A stretch of 64,000 nt of DNA, from positions 124,001 through 188,000 of the forward strand of contig UYFQ01000723.1 of assembly GCA_900617105.1 (NCBI GenBank), read 5' to 3'. Shown in pieces: positions 11,838 through 25,290 of the stretch (position 1 is the first letter of the stretch; each line of letters starts with the position of its first letter). A model generated the notes under the pieces. It had not been told where the DNA came from and did not search any database. It saw nothing but the letters and a program-made list of their open reading frames with translations. A program made the position numbers and the translations under genes. Origin of the DNA: Hydrurus foetidus (Eukaryota).

Positions 11838-13222
11838 TTAGTTTTCTATCTCTTCTCTGTTTTCTTCTAATACTTCTTCTATAACCTCAACACTATTGTT
11901 TTCGACAATCAAAGTATCATTTTTCAGTTTCTCTTTTACCTCTTCTATCTTAGATTTTATTTCAACAATAGAATCGTCAAGTTCTTTTATTTTGTTTGGC
12001 AGTTCTTCAGCTTTTTATTGATATCAGCAATCTTTCCTTTCAATACTTCAATATCCTCTTCAACACTTGCAATTTTATCTTTCTTTTCTGTAATCCATTC
12101 TTCAACTTTGGTTTTAAAACTATCTGTCCAAGCTGTGGCATATTTTTCTCAAATCAATTACTTGTTCAACCAATTTTTGATATAATCCTGTTGCTGGGGA
12201 ATTCTGTTTTCAAAACGTGCAGCATATTCTTTTGGCTTTGCAAATAGCTTTCTTGCTTTGCTTTGTATGCAATTTGATTTTCTAATCTTCCTTCCAACAT
12301 CCTTAAAAATCTTGCTGCTTTTATTCCATTCTAAACGTTTTTCATCTCTTTCTTTCTTTTAATTTCCACTCTTCTTGACGTTTTGTTGATCTTCTTTATG
12401 TGTTTCCCAAGCTTTATTCAGTCTAATTTTAAAGCATCAATATTGGCAAAATTTGTCCTTTGTGTTCACGAGTCAAATAATCTCTATAGTTATTGATGAA
12501 AGTTCTCACATCATTTAAGGTTTTCTGTTCTGCATCGTAAAGAATACTTAACATCTTCTGGTTTTCTATCAAATGCCAAGGTGTATTGAGTTCTGTAAGA
12601 TTTCCTTCTTGTAAAAATTGATGAAATCTGTTTACAAAACTCAACAATTCATTGATATCAACAGATGGATGACAAGCATTAACAACCACACAAAGTTTCT
12701 CAGTTATTTCAAGCGATTGCGAAATTTGTTTTGTTTTCTCTTCTCTTGCTTTTGCATACAATTCATCTTCTTTATCCTTAACAGCATTTCTAATATTGCT
12801 GTATTTATCCCAAGCATTAGTTCTTCTATCTTTTGTGCTCCAACGTGGCAATTTGAAATATTCAAATGCTTGATTACTCAATTTTCTTAACTCAGCAAAA
12901 TCATCTTTGCTTAAAGGAGCTTCATCAGAATGTTTTGCAAATAATTGTTCCATTTGAACAATTAACAATTCTGCTTCTTCACAAAATTTTTCGTTAGCTG
13001 CTTCAAGTTGATTTTCCTTTTCTTTTAGCTGATTAATTAACTGCTGAAATTTTTGGTGTGCAGCTTCTTTAATTCCAGTGGTGTCAAACTGTGCAGCTTT
13101 AAAATTTTCAGCAATTTCTTTTGACGTTGCCAAAGTTCTTTGCTGGTATAGTTTGCAGAGCCAAGCTCTACAATAAGGTTGTTAAAAGTTTCAAGTTTTT
13201 TATCTAAATCAATTGAGTTCAT
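11838..13222 (-). CDS. Hypothetical coiled-coil protein (DUF349-like helical repeats)
   Basis: E/K-rich helical ORF pieces 12429-13222 continuing to about 11838; RTNAWDKY-type motif. Confidence 0.65.
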
Positions 13223-13307
13223 TTTAATATTTTTAAGTCCCTTACAAAAATGCAGAAAACTGTGAATGAATTTGATTGTTATTGAAAAATCTGAAATGCA
13301 ATAAAGT

Positions 13308-13771
13308 TTAGCGTTTGCTTTTGAAGAATGTTCTCATTAAGCACACTCATTTTCCAACACACCTTTTACCAATTCTGCTTTAGGATGAAAGGCCAACTTT
13401 CGGGCTTTATTAATCCATCTTCATCTGTAAAAAACGTAAGCCTCCACTTTTAACATCACTTGCACCATAAACAATACGTGTCAGTTTACTCCAATACATA
13501 GCACCAACACACATTAAACAAGGCTCAACAGTAACATATAAAATTGCATTAGGTAAATACTTTGAACCCATTGAACCAAATGCTGATGTAAGTGCAATAA
13601 TTTCTGCGTGAGCAGTTGCATCATTTAGTTTTCTACTTGATTATAACCTTTGCAACTACTTTATTTATTAATAACTACAACTGCACCTATTGGCACTTCA
13701 TCTTCATCAAATGCAATCTGGGCTTGTTTTAAAGCTTGCTGCATAAAATATTCATCATTCATCTCCAACAT
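13308..13771 (-). CDS. tadA: tRNA adenosine deaminase
   Basis: DEYFMQQAL, EVPIGAVVV, TAHAEI, YVTVEPCLMCVGA. Confidence 0.93.
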
Positions 13772-13777
13772 AAAAAA

Positions 13778-15122
13778 TTATAAATTATTATAAACTTCTT
13801 TGGCAAAATCAACAAGACTTGGGTCTCTTGCTCCCATTAGTAAAAAGCACTGCATTTGTTTGCAAGTGTGGCTGTAATGTTTTCACTAAATCATTTCTAT
13901 TCTCAACAAAAAGCATTACAACCCTTCGTCTGTAAGTCTTGTATTAAATCATTTGCACTGATATCTTTATTGCAGTGCCACCAGCATAAAATTTCACTCA
14001 TCAAATTTCATCTTGTGGACGAAGTACATTTGCAATTTCTTCTACAAAATCATTACGCAAAAATTTTGTTGGTCCATAACCGTGGGGCTGAAACCAAGCA
14101 ATAACTTTATTGGTTAATGGTTGCACACCATTTATTGCTGAAGCACATTTTGCAGGATTATGAGCATAATCGTCAATAATCAACACATCATTTTTCTTAC
14201 CTAAAATTTGATTGCGACGATAGATGCCTTTATACTTTTAAAACAGCAGCACAAGTCTGTAACTTAACACCACATTGACTTGCAACACAAACAGCTGCCA
14301 AAGCATTTTCCATATTGTGTTTGCCAATTGCCTTCATTTCAAACAAAATACCTTTTATTTTAAACTGCATATCAAAGCCATTTTGGTTAAAATTGGTTGC
14401 CATAAAACCAGCTCTAGTATCTGTAGCAGAAAAATCTTGATTGGTATTTTCGGAAAAATGAGCAGCTAATTCGTGAGCAGCATTAACAATAAACTTATTG
14501 CTATTGTTTTTAAATGTTTGAAAAATATCATTCAGTTCTTCAATCTCTTTGTGATCTTTATCTATGTTTAATAACAAACCAATTTCTGGATGATAACTAA
14601 CAATGCTTCCATCACTTTCATCTGCTTCTATCTTGGCAATTCGCCTTTTCCAACAAATGCGTTACCAATAAAATTCCTTTCTTGTAATCGCACCAAACCT
14701 GCACCACTAATAATACTTGAAAAGCAACCCAGCTGCATCTAATATTTCAAATATCATTGCAGTGGTAGTACTTTTGCAACTTGCCACCAACAGCAATTGT
14801 TCTTTTGTATTGCTAATAATGGTTAATAGTTCGCTTCGTTTTATAATAGGAATATTAAGCTGCTTGGCTTTTGAATTTCAATATTTGAATCTTCAACAGC
14901 TGTTGATAATAATGAGCTCTGTGTTTTCGCTAATACCACTTGCATCTTGAGGGAAACATTTTACTTTATTTTTCTAGCTTTTGTTATCATTAAAAGTATT
15001 TTCAGCAAAATACCTATCGCTCCCTCTAACTGTTTTCCAATGCCAGCACAGTATTGAGCCAAAGCACTCATTCCAGTTCCTGCAACACCAATAAAAAGAT
15101 TGCTTATATTTTGAAAGTTCAT
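13778..15122 (-). CDS. Mur ligase (MurC/Mpl-like paralogue)
   Basis: FIGVAGTGMSALAQY, GSDR, GKSTTTAM, EADESDGS, IIDDYAHNP, WFQPHGY. Confidence 0.88.
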
Positions 15123-15128
15123 TTTGTT

Positions 15129-16184
15129 TTAATTTTTATTTAACATGTAATCCACCACAACTCTTTCTGTAATTGGGTGAGATTGACAAGTAGAATAAAT
15201 CCTGTTCAATTTCTTGTGTTCCAAACCCCAATTCACATCCATTTCAACTTGACCTTCTATCAGCTTTTGCTTTAGGAGTGCAGCAACCACCACCTTTGCA
15301 AGCATACGGTAAATCTGCACCATTTTGCAATGCAGCATCTAAAATATTTATCTCCTCATTAAATCCAATTTCCATATCAAAACTTCGTCCATCGCTGATT
15401 ATAGTGATTTTGCTTTTTGCTTCCAGATTTTATTTGTGGTACAAAGTTTTATTTTTGGTTTTTAGCAGATGTAGTAAATAATTCAAAGTGAATTTGCTTT
15501 TTTCAATCTCTAAATTCTAAAAAATCTTTCGCAGTCATTATCATTTCTTCCTGGTCCACAAATAAAAAATTCATCAAGACTTTTCCATTGAATTAATTTA
15601 GAAAGTTGTTGCAATTTTTCTGCATCAATTCTTCCGTGACTAATAGAGTTACATCAGTTTTTCTCTGCTTAAAATATGTATTAATTGCAGCCTACCAACA
15701 AACTTATTTTTAAGAGCTTCAATCTCTTCTTTAAAATAATCGAGCCTGTGTTTTTATTGCCATACACCAAAATAAACTCACTCAAGGTTCGGTTAAAAGT
15801 GTAGTTTTGATGATAGCAAGAATGGGCGTAATACCACTTCCTGCAATTGCAAGATATTTTTGAATTAGACTCATTCAACTCAGCGTAGAACTTTCCATTA
15901 GGTTCAGCTACTTCTAACACATCATTTACTTGTAATTGATGATTAGCATTGAAAACAAACCTCCATCAACACGTTTAACAGCTATCCTAAAATCATCTTC
16001 TAAAGGAGACGAGCATAACGAATATGAACGTCTTACTTCCTGTTCATCAATCTTAGTTTTTAATGTAATGTATTGTCCGTGTTTGTAGCAAAGACATTTT
16101 TGATTTCAGCTGGAATATTGAAAGTGAAACGCAATCAGCAGTTTCTTTTCTAATGTCTTTAATTGTAAGTGGGTAAAAATTCAT
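15129..16184 (-). CDS. paaE: Ferredoxin-NAD(P) reductase, PaaE-like (FAD/NAD + 2Fe-2S)
   Basis: GQYITL, RRSYSLCSSP, GSGITPIL, FICGPEEM, LPYACKGGGCC. Confidence 0.85.
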
Positions 16185-16252
16185 TGTCAATAGCCTAGTG
16201 GTTAATAGCAAGTTGTTAGTAGGTTTAAAGTAATTTTCAAATCTTCAAAATT

Positions 16253-16842
16253 CTATAGCTTCCTTAACCCATCAATTAGAAAATAGCCATATTTTCTTCT
16301 AACTCTTGTCAATTATTTTTGAGTACTTCTGTGCCAACTTTCAATGCCTCCAATTGCGTGAAGCATAATAAGCACAGTAGTTGCAGCATCTATTTTTAAT
16401 TTCTTTCTTCTTAATTCCTTCTTCAATAATGTGACAAAACGCTTTCTATAAGTTCTGCGTTGATTTTGCATATTGCTTAAATATGGATTATCAAGATGCT
16501 TCCATTCTCTATCACTCACGTAAACTTCTTCAAAATGATTCACCATTCCATCGATATGAAAACGAAGTAAACTTTCAACTTTATGAAGTGTTGTCAACTT
16601 ACTTGATTCCACTTCTTCAAGTTTATGCGTGTAGCGGTGGCAACATCAAAGCAATGATATTTAGCAGTTCATTTTTGCTTTTAATGTGATTGTAAAGGAG
16701 CTAGCTGCTTCAACACCAACAACATCAGCAATTTCACGCATACTTCTGGCTTTAAAACCTTTTTCTTTAAATAAAGTGGCAGCTTTTCAATGATGATTTC
16801 TCTGCGACTAATTTGATTGTTAGTTGTTTTAATGCGTCCCAT
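16253..16842 (-). CDS. TetR/AcrR-family regulator (PaaR/KstR2-like)
   Basis: N-terminal HTH (KGFKA.SMREIADVVGVEAA.LYNHI.SK); V.DREWKHL C-terminal domain. Confidence 0.88.
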
Positions 16843-16855
16843 TTGCCAAAGTATG

Positions 16856-16869
16856 CTAACATCTGTTAG
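16856..16869. promoter_or_regulatory. Candidate TetR operator
   Basis: Palindrome CTAACA-TC-TGTTAG 14 nt upstream of the TetR start. Confidence 0.55.
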
Positions 16870-16892
16870 TGTCAAAAGAATTTATAAAACAA

Positions 16893-16940
16893 AGCCACAG
16901 GTTTGCAGATTATAAACAACCAATCTGCGAATCTGTGGCT
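16893..16940. terminator. Long hairpin / terminator
   Basis: AGCCACAGGTTTGCAGATT ... AATCTGCGAATCTGTGGCT. Confidence 0.65.
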
Positions 16941-16959
16941 CAATCCTCGGTAAAAAATC

Positions 16960-17917
16960 TTAGCTAATAATCCGTGCCTTTTTCATTGGCTTTTTTGTTT
17001 CACCAATTTTAAAGCCATTGTTATAAATTTCAATTTTATAGTCACCTGGTATGAATTTGTGTACCTGGTTTCCAATCAAAACTAACGGCAAAACTTTACC
17101 TTGTTCGTAGTTTACATCAATTGTTTCTGTGTGTTGAAGTTCAACACCATCACGTGTTTTAAAGCTTCCGTGAGGTACTGATGTTTTATCGAGACTAGTT
17201 ACAACTACATATAATGATTTCTTTCCAGAAGCAGAAACCCTGTTTTCATCGTACAAAAGCCCTAAAGAAGTCTGCACGTTTAGCAGTTTCTGTTTCTTTC
17301 TTTTATCTCCACACGCATTTTGATTGCTGTGATATTTATATGAGATGCAGTTAAAGTGCTTGCTACATCTACCTTATCTTCTAAATTTTTCTTCTCGGTT
17401 GTTAATTGATTTTTCAGTTGACAGTTGTTCTTTCTCATTTGTCAATTGAGTTTTCTCTGTTGTTGTATTTGCTTATCGGCAGTTAACGTGGTTTTCGCCT
17501 TTAACTTTGCAACTTCTAAATTAAATCCTTCTAGCTGACCTTGTAATCAGCAATTAGTTTTGAGCTTTTTTTAAGATCATCTACATGTATTTTTGTTTCA
17601 ATATGCTATTGATACTTGCTTTTGTTTAGCAAGTTCTGAATTCTTTTTCACTTAAAGCAGTTTCAAGTTGTGTATTGTTTGCAGTAATGTATCAACTTGT
17701 TTTGATGCAATTTCAAACTCTGCTTACCAAAACACTTTTGCACTATCAAGATTTTGAACAGTTTGAAAATTTATTTGCTCTGTTTTTGTATCTTGTGTTT
17801 TATCGTAAACAATATATCCAAGTAATAAAGGATAATTGCAATGAGTATTGCATATACAGTATTGCGATTATCTTTTTGTAGGAGTACGATTGCTGTTGCT
17901 GAAGGAACGTATGCCAT
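16960..17917 (-). CDS. Membrane-anchored coiled-coil hypothetical protein with C-terminal beta domain
   Basis: N-terminal TM, long coiled coil, C-terminal PGDYKIEIYNNGFKIG. Confidence 0.7.
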
Positions 17918-17951
17918 TTTATATTAATTTTTTAGACCACAAATTTAAGAT

Positions 17952-18653
17952 ATGATTTCGAACTTACTACTAATTGATATTGAACCTTGCCCATTGTTCA
18001 AAATTTTAACGATTTAGATAGTAATTGGCAGCAATTGTAGCAAGATAAAATTAGCAAGTCTTTACCAGATACAATAACTGCTGAAGAAAGTTGGAAGCGT
18101 GGTGGAATTATGGCAGAATTTGGAAAAATTATTTGCATTAGTACAGAATATTTTTGAAGATGAAACAGAAACAAATGTTTTAAAATCAAAAAGCATTAGT
18201 GGTACAGATGAAACAAACTATTGCAAGAATTCCCACAACTTTATGTAACAAATTCTATAGCCCTAAACAAGAACTTTATTTTTGGGGTCATAATATCAAA
18301 GAGTTTGATATTCCTTATATCTGTCGCAGATTATTAATTAATAATTTGCCTTTGCCAGAATATTTGTGGCTGCACGATTATTGGGAAATTAAAATGTTTG
18401 ATACACACAAATTGGTGGAAATTTGGAGATAATAAAACTACACATCATTACACTTGCTTGCAAACACATTAAACATAACCTACAAGCAAAGAGATATTGA
18501 TGGCAGATGGTGCAAGATGTTTATTACAACGATAAAGACCTGAAAAGAATTATTTGAGTATTGTCAAAGAGATGTTGTCGTAGTTGCCAACATTATTCTA
18601 AGATTTAAAAATGAGGCTTTATTGAATGAGAAGCATATTTTATTATTAAGTAG
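17952..18653 (+). CDS. PolB-type 3'-5' exonuclease-like protein
   Basis: LIDIE, AEFGKIICIS, GHNIKEFDIPYICRR, YCQRDV. Confidence 0.88.
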
Positions 18654-18720
18654 AATATCAAAACTTACATAGTTTTGTCTTAGAAATATCTAAAAGTTTT
18701 CAACTACTTACATTTGCCAA

Positions 18721-19716
18721 ATGTCTGCCGAAAAATATTATCAGATTTAAAGAGAAGAAGAATTTTAAACCCATTTATTGGCTAGAGGGCGATGAGCCTT
18801 TTTTTATTGATGAAATTGTAAACTATGCCGAGCATAAAATTTTAAGCGAAAGTGAAGCTAGTTTTAACTTATCTGTTTTTATGGTAAAGATGCAGATTGG
18901 GCTGCTGTAGTAAATGCTTGCAAGCGTTATCCAATGTTTTCTGAAAAACAAGTGGTGCTGCTGAAAGAAGCACAACAAATGAAGGATAGCGATTTAGAGC
19001 GTTTAGAAGTTCACATGGAAAACCCGCTTGCCTCAACCATTTTGTTGTTAGCTATAAGATAAAAAACTGGATGCTAGAAAAAGTTTAGCAAAACTGTAAA
19101 AGCCAAAACCGAGCTGCTATCAACCAAAAAATTTACGAAAATCAAATACCAGAATGGGTGAATGGAATGGTGCTGCAACACGGCTTATCTATCACTCAAA
19201 AGCAGTTGCAATAATGGTTGATAATATTGGTAATGATTTAAGTAGAATAAAGAATGAAGTAGAAAAATTAAGCATCAATTTGGCTGGCAGAAAACAATTA
19301 CTGAAGATGATATTGAAAAATTTATTGGCGTTAGCAAAGAGTATAATGTGTTTGAATTGCAAAATGCCATAGCATCAAAAACAGCTAAACCATTAAGATT
19401 ATACAATATTTTGAAAAAATCCCAAGGCTGCACCTATACAGTTAATACTTCCTGCATTGTATGGATTCTTTAGTAAAACCTATACTGTTTTTTTCTGTTA
19501 ATAGTACAGATGATAGAGCTGTTGCTGCTGCATTAGGCATTAATCCTTTTGTTATAAAAGATTATATGACAGCAGCTAAAAACATATCAATTTAATGGTG
19601 TAGAAAAAGCTTTATTACTACTGCATCATTACAATTTAAGAAGTGTTGGAATTAAAGACACAGGCACATCTGATGCTGAACTTCTAAAGGAATTGGTGAT
19701 GAAAATAGTTGCATAA
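18721..19716 (+). CDS. holA: DNA polymerase III delta subunit
   Basis: KPIYWLEGDEPFFID, YGKDAD, RYPMFSEKQVV, SKEYNVFEL. Confidence 0.93.
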
Positions 19717-19720
19717 AAAA

Positions 19721-19747
19721 GCCTAACAACAAATGTTTGTGTTAGGC
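19721..19747. terminator. Bidirectional terminator between holA and the EPS-like operon
   Basis: GCCTAACA..TGTTAGGC stem. Confidence 0.7.
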
Positions 19748-19750
19748 TAA

Positions 19751-21398
19751 TTATAAGTTATAATCTTGTATTATTAAGTAGTCTTTACACCTGTCAAGGC
19801 GATAAACTGCCCAATTTTCTGTTTCAAACATAATTACTAAATGTAGTGATTCGTTAGCAATAAGTTTATCAAGATTGTATTGATTTAATACTGTAAAATT
19901 TCTCAACTTGTTTTTTGTTTTTGCTATACAAATATATTTTGCTTCAGTTTTAGGATTCTCCGAAACAGTAATAAAGTTATGGTTGATTGGCAAGATAATA
20001 TTGCTACCAAGTTTTCTCATTTGAGCAATAATTGGGTAGCAGCTGCATCATCCATTAATATTTTACCGTTATCTGTGCTGTTGCGTTCTGCATTCATCAA
20101 TCCAGTGATATAAGTTGCCATTCTATATTCTTCTGTTATCACTGCTCACCTTTCCAACTAGACGCTTTTTAACTGCAGTAAAAATCCGGCTTCTTCATTA
20201 TCACTAGTGTTTTTAAAGTATACAATTCCAGTAAAATATTCACCAATGCCACAAGCATTATGATTGGATACATTTGTCTGCTAGAATATTTTCTTCCAGC
20301 ATAATAATGAATTCCAATTAAAGCTAGAACTAAAAATATTAAGTAATATTCAACAGTTAAATAAACACGATTGTCTAATAAAAGAATTCCAATTAATATA
20401 AATGGAGCTAGAAGTGAAGTAGTTCGTATAATTTTCCTTTAAACATTACAAATACCAAAATCATTAAAGGAGTTAGCATTAAGATATATGCTTGAAACAC
20501 TATCTGCGATTGAGCAATAATATTTGTACCTATAAAGTTGGAAGACTTGCCTGTAATAGGGTCAACATTTGTAAAAATATTTCCTAACGACTCAGTTCCA
20601 GTTACACTCCAGTTTGCATATTGACTTGTTAAAAGTAGTAGTTCCATTACCAGCGTGAACTTGGTTCAATAATTTAAATAAATAAACCGCTCCAAGTGGT
20701 AAAAGAATAATATGATATAAATTGCCAATGTTCTATTAGTTAGTTTACGACGTTGAGAACGATTATTAACCGACTCGTAATACTGAACGATTGGTGAACC
20801 GTAAGTTGTGGTCTTAACCCATCCAAAGAAACCAACACGACAAAAGGCAATAAAGCTAATAAAAGCCATATAAAATTGTAATTACAAAACACCAAACAAG
20901 TAAGGTATATACTTCCATGATAATGAAAAGAGTAGTTTGTGTTTTATAATAGACAAATAGACTTCTAAAAGTAAGTAGAAAAAAGCAGTACTAATGCTAT
21001 TCCTCTTCCGATGTTCCAGCAAAAAATCAACCCAGGATGAAACATAAATAAAAGCACCAACATTGGTATAAAAATCTGCGTTGTAACTCCAGATTTTGAA
21101 AAATCTAAAACCAATAAGAAAAAAAGTAAGAAGTGAAAGTAGCTGACGCAAGAACTGGTGCAAATGGATAACCAAATAAAGAGAAACAACAGTAGACAAA
21201 TACACTAGTGTTGGAAATGTTGTGCAAAGGTTAATAATGTATTATCTCTTGCTTCGAAAAGTAAGCGAGTTTTTCTGCCAAGAATAAAGACTCAGAATGT
21301 TCATATCCAGATCTATGTAATATCCAAGCTATAATAATATAGTACGTCAGCAAAATGATTGCTAACAGTGCAGGAATATATTTTCTTAAAAATACCAT
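19751..21398 (-). CDS. Polytopic membrane protein of unknown function (possibly GT-C-like), last gene of the EPS-like operon
   Basis: About 550 aa across frameshifts with many hydrophobic segments; starts 10 nt after the GT2 stop. Confidence 0.6.
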
Positions 21399-21408
21399 AG
21401 ATAACGAT

Positions 21409-23237
21409 TTAAATTGCCGGAGCAGCACTTGCTGATGATTGCTTGCTTAGACCGTGATTAGTTTTTCCCAGAAAATGGTTTGTATATCAATTGCCATAAA
21501 CCCTTGTAAGCAGCAATTGAGTGCATTAACCAATATATAGGATTTAAAGCTGAGAATAGAATTAGTTCATAATAACGACGTTTGAACACAGCCATCATAT
21601 TCACATAAATCATTAAAACATTACCTGCAACAGAAATTGAAAATAGCAAAGTAAAGTACCCAATCTGGGAACACAGTTTAACACCTGTAATATTAAATAT
21701 CAAATAAACTAAGAAGAATAATAGAATTGGATACACTAAGAAAGTAATTGCTGTGCCACCAATAAAGAAGTTAAATCCAAAAACCACCCCAACCAATACG
21801 TCTTATTAGATGCACAGGAGAACGCATATGCACCAAGTAGGTTTGCATATAACCTTTAATCCATCTGCTTCTTTGACGAATCCAGTTGAAAGGTTCATTG
21901 TTAGCTTCTTCATAAGTTGTACTTCTAACAATACCGATTTTATATTGCTTATCATAAACTCTAACACCCAAATCAGCATCCTCTGTTACGTTGAAAGGAT
22001 CCCAAGAACCAAGCTCAATAAGTTTATCAAGTTTAAAGTGATTACTTGTGCCACCTAATGGAATAGAATATCAAGTGTTTCCAATCCTGGAGAGCATATA
22101 ATCGAACCAATATGAATACTCCAAAGTAAACATACGAGTTAGCAAGTTTTCATTTCTGTTGAAATAGTTTAACGCTCCTTGAACAACTACATATTCTTTA
22201 GGTAGTTTACTAAACATTAAATATGCTTTTTCAACTGCCAAGTATCGGGAATATCTTCAGCATCATAAGTAGTAGAAGTAATTCTCCACGAGAAGAATAG
22301 CCCATAGTTACAAGCTTTTAGGTTTTGTTTTAGGCATCATAAAAGGAATAACAATAACCTCGAAGTTCTGGGAAAATCAAGTGATCTTACGCATTCAAAG
22401 TTTTATCATCATCTTCTTCTATCAATAATTTACGTCTAATTTAGATTGAGGATAGTTTAGACCTCTTAATTCCAAATTAGTTTACGAATCAATTTATCTT
22501 CCTTATAAACCGGAAGTAAAATCGTGTAAACAGGAACATCTTCATTTTTACAGCACCAAGTTCTTCAACACTAACATCATCGTGAAGTTCAGATTGAGAA
22601 CCTTTTAATGCTAGATAAGTTTAAATAAAATAGACCCTAAGAATGCAAAACTTGCCAAGAAGTTTAGTGCTATAATAGTTGGTTTAGTAAATACAAAAAG
22701 CATTATTACCACTATTATAAAAAAGCAAAATTACAATTAACTGAGGTGTTGTGAAAGTGATGTGACCCGAACTTGTTGATCCTTTTTCATCAAACTATAA
22801 ACAGCTTCATTTACCAAATCTCTACCTCGAACCCTGTGTGATACCCAAGTAATATCCAAATCGTCTGCAACTAACTTAATGTTAGTTTTAAATTTAACCA
22901 TCAGACTATTCGCTAACTTTTCGTCAAAGGATCGGCGGCAGCTACAAGTAAGCTGCCGTCGAAATCTTGTTTTAGAGGAATATATAAGTAAGAATTCAGA
23001 TGATGAATATCACATTGGTTAAAAATATGTTTCATCAATTTCATAATTTCTTACGTCAACTATTTCTTTTCCTTCGCTCTTTAGAAAGGCCATATAATCA
23101 CGTCTCGTTAAAAACCAAAGCATAAAGCAACTTTATAGGTGCGTAGCTAAAGGTAGCTGCAATAGCGTCAATTTCTTTGAGCTTTCAGCATCAAATTTTC
23201 GTTGAGATGCCATTATATCTATTGCACTTCGAGTCAT
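21409..23237 (-). CDS. Processive GT2 glycosyltransferase with N-terminal GSPII_N/MshEN-like domain
   Basis: YTILLPVYKE, PKTKPKACNYG, YDAED, TEDADLG, RQRSRW, WEKTNHG; N-terminal IPLKQDFDGSLLVAAADP. Confidence 0.88.
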
Positions 23238-23238
23238 A

Positions 23239-25279
23239 TTATTTGCTTTCTAAAGGGATGAAATACGATTGTTTTTATCAGTCCTAAACAACAGCGTCTG
23301 TTGCTTGTTTTACTTTATTTTTAACCGCAAAGTATCCAAGTATTAATAGTAAGATAATCAACCCATTATCCAAAATTTATATGCACTCCAGAATTTTTCA
23401 AAGCCAGTCATATTGCTATTGTAGCTTACTATAGAATTATCTTGAGAGCTTTAAAGAAGTAGTTACTCATACCATTGCTATTTGCAATACACACATTACT
23501 CTCAATTTCTGTTAACTGTGTACTGAAGTTCTTCACTACACTTAAGAACGCATTAGAAACACTGCTATCTCCGCCTAAAGAAGTAACCATTAAAACAGTA
23601 TTTCCTTTATCTTTAAATATTTGTGCTAAACCACTGTTTGAAATCACTAACAGAATAGCTTGCTGCCTTTTAATCCTTTATAGATTTGAAAATCTTTCTC
23701 GAATTTTACTAGTACATTCTCATAGCTAGAAACAAATTTATCTGATCTATTTACCAATGCAATCAAGTTGTAATCTCCAAGGTTTGTAGCACTTGCAAGT
23801 AATTTGAGGAACGATTAATCTGTTAAAATCATTTTTTAATTGGCGAGTTAATTTGATAATAAATCTCACCAACTGAAGAAACAACTTTACTTAACAACTC
23901 TTGAGAAACTACGATTTTAGTTTGTTTTTCTGAACTCAGCAGGAAATTAAAGAAGCTAAAGAACTTGTTTTCTCTTTTCGCCAGCATAAGTTAAAGTAGA
24001 TGTTTTTGTGTTGATGAATGCAAAGAAATTACTGAATCCATCTTTACAGACATTGCTACCAGGATGAAAACGAAACTCGATTTCTAATGTATTGAATTTA
24101 GAAAGTAAATGTGGCTTTAAATCAACATCATTAATAAAATTAACTTTATCTAATAAGTTACCATTGTAATAAATTTTGATTAAGATATACATTCACAAAA
24201 CCTCTATCATCTGGTTTTAAAGTAGAAAAAGCTCTCTAAATGCAATGTAAGTTTTGTTGGAATAGCATTGAAATCAGCTAAAGAAAAATTGAATTTTTAC
24301 GAAGAGCTCCAATACCCTCCATCAATTCACCTCCACCACCTAAATCATCTAAGGTTGTAACTAAAGGAGAAGCACCAACAACAACTTCAGAACTAAATGT
24401 TGCATCAGAAACTAAAATTTTATCAGAAAAGCACTGCTTAATCTTTTATTACTCGCTAATGTACTAATTGCTTTTATAACCAGCATTATCACCCCAGTAA
24501 CAACTAAAACATATCGTGTTGCCCCGAATCCCATATTTAAAGGAACCAATGCTATTAAACCTTGACCAGCAGATACACTTGGCATTTGCTTGTTTAACTG
24601 CATAAGGTAATTTATCAACGAACCTGCAATAATTCCAGCAGGAACTGAATCTGATGGAGAATAAGTAGCTGCATAAACTTGCTTTGAAGCAGCACCTTGA
24701 CGAACCAATGTATAACCAAACTGCCAGCCATTAAATCATCAACATCTGCAGATGCTGGTGTATACTGAATTATATTCTGTATAATCTTTAATACTTTTGA
24801 TAAGTAAATCCTGTTTGAGTACTTGCAGAGATATATGAAGAATTCTTCACGCCTAACCAACAAGCAGGATTATCAATATCTTTACAATATTCATCTCCCA
24901 CACTCATTTTAGCAGCAACACGAACTTTAATAATCTGCCATCTGGTTTGCAAGTATTTTGAACTTAATGGAACTCTAAACGTTAATAACGTATCAAGTGC
25001 GGATGTAATAACTCTTTTGTGTGTAAACAGGCTCTTCCTTTAAATAAACTACAACAAACGAGTTGTTGGGATTAAGAACTTGTGAAGCTCTCAAGTTTAA
25101 TACTAAAGTACTTTGATCAATATTATCATCTGGTTTCACTTTTATGAAGTAACTAGTGAACTGGATATTCCGATGATTGACGCATCGTCATAACCCATTG
25201 ATTTGAAAGTTCTGTCTTGTGCAAACATCTGTATTACACTCAACATTAAAGCTAGGGAAAGAAGAAATTTAGATTTCAT
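23239..25279 (-). CDS. BcsB-like periplasmic co-polymerase subunit
   Basis: Signal peptide; MGYDDASIIG..F.VKPDD..STLVLNLRASQVL; GDEYCKDIDNPACW; single C-terminal TM; about 680 aa; abuts the GT2 gene. Confidence 0.72.
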
Positions 25280-25290
25280 AATATTTAAAT

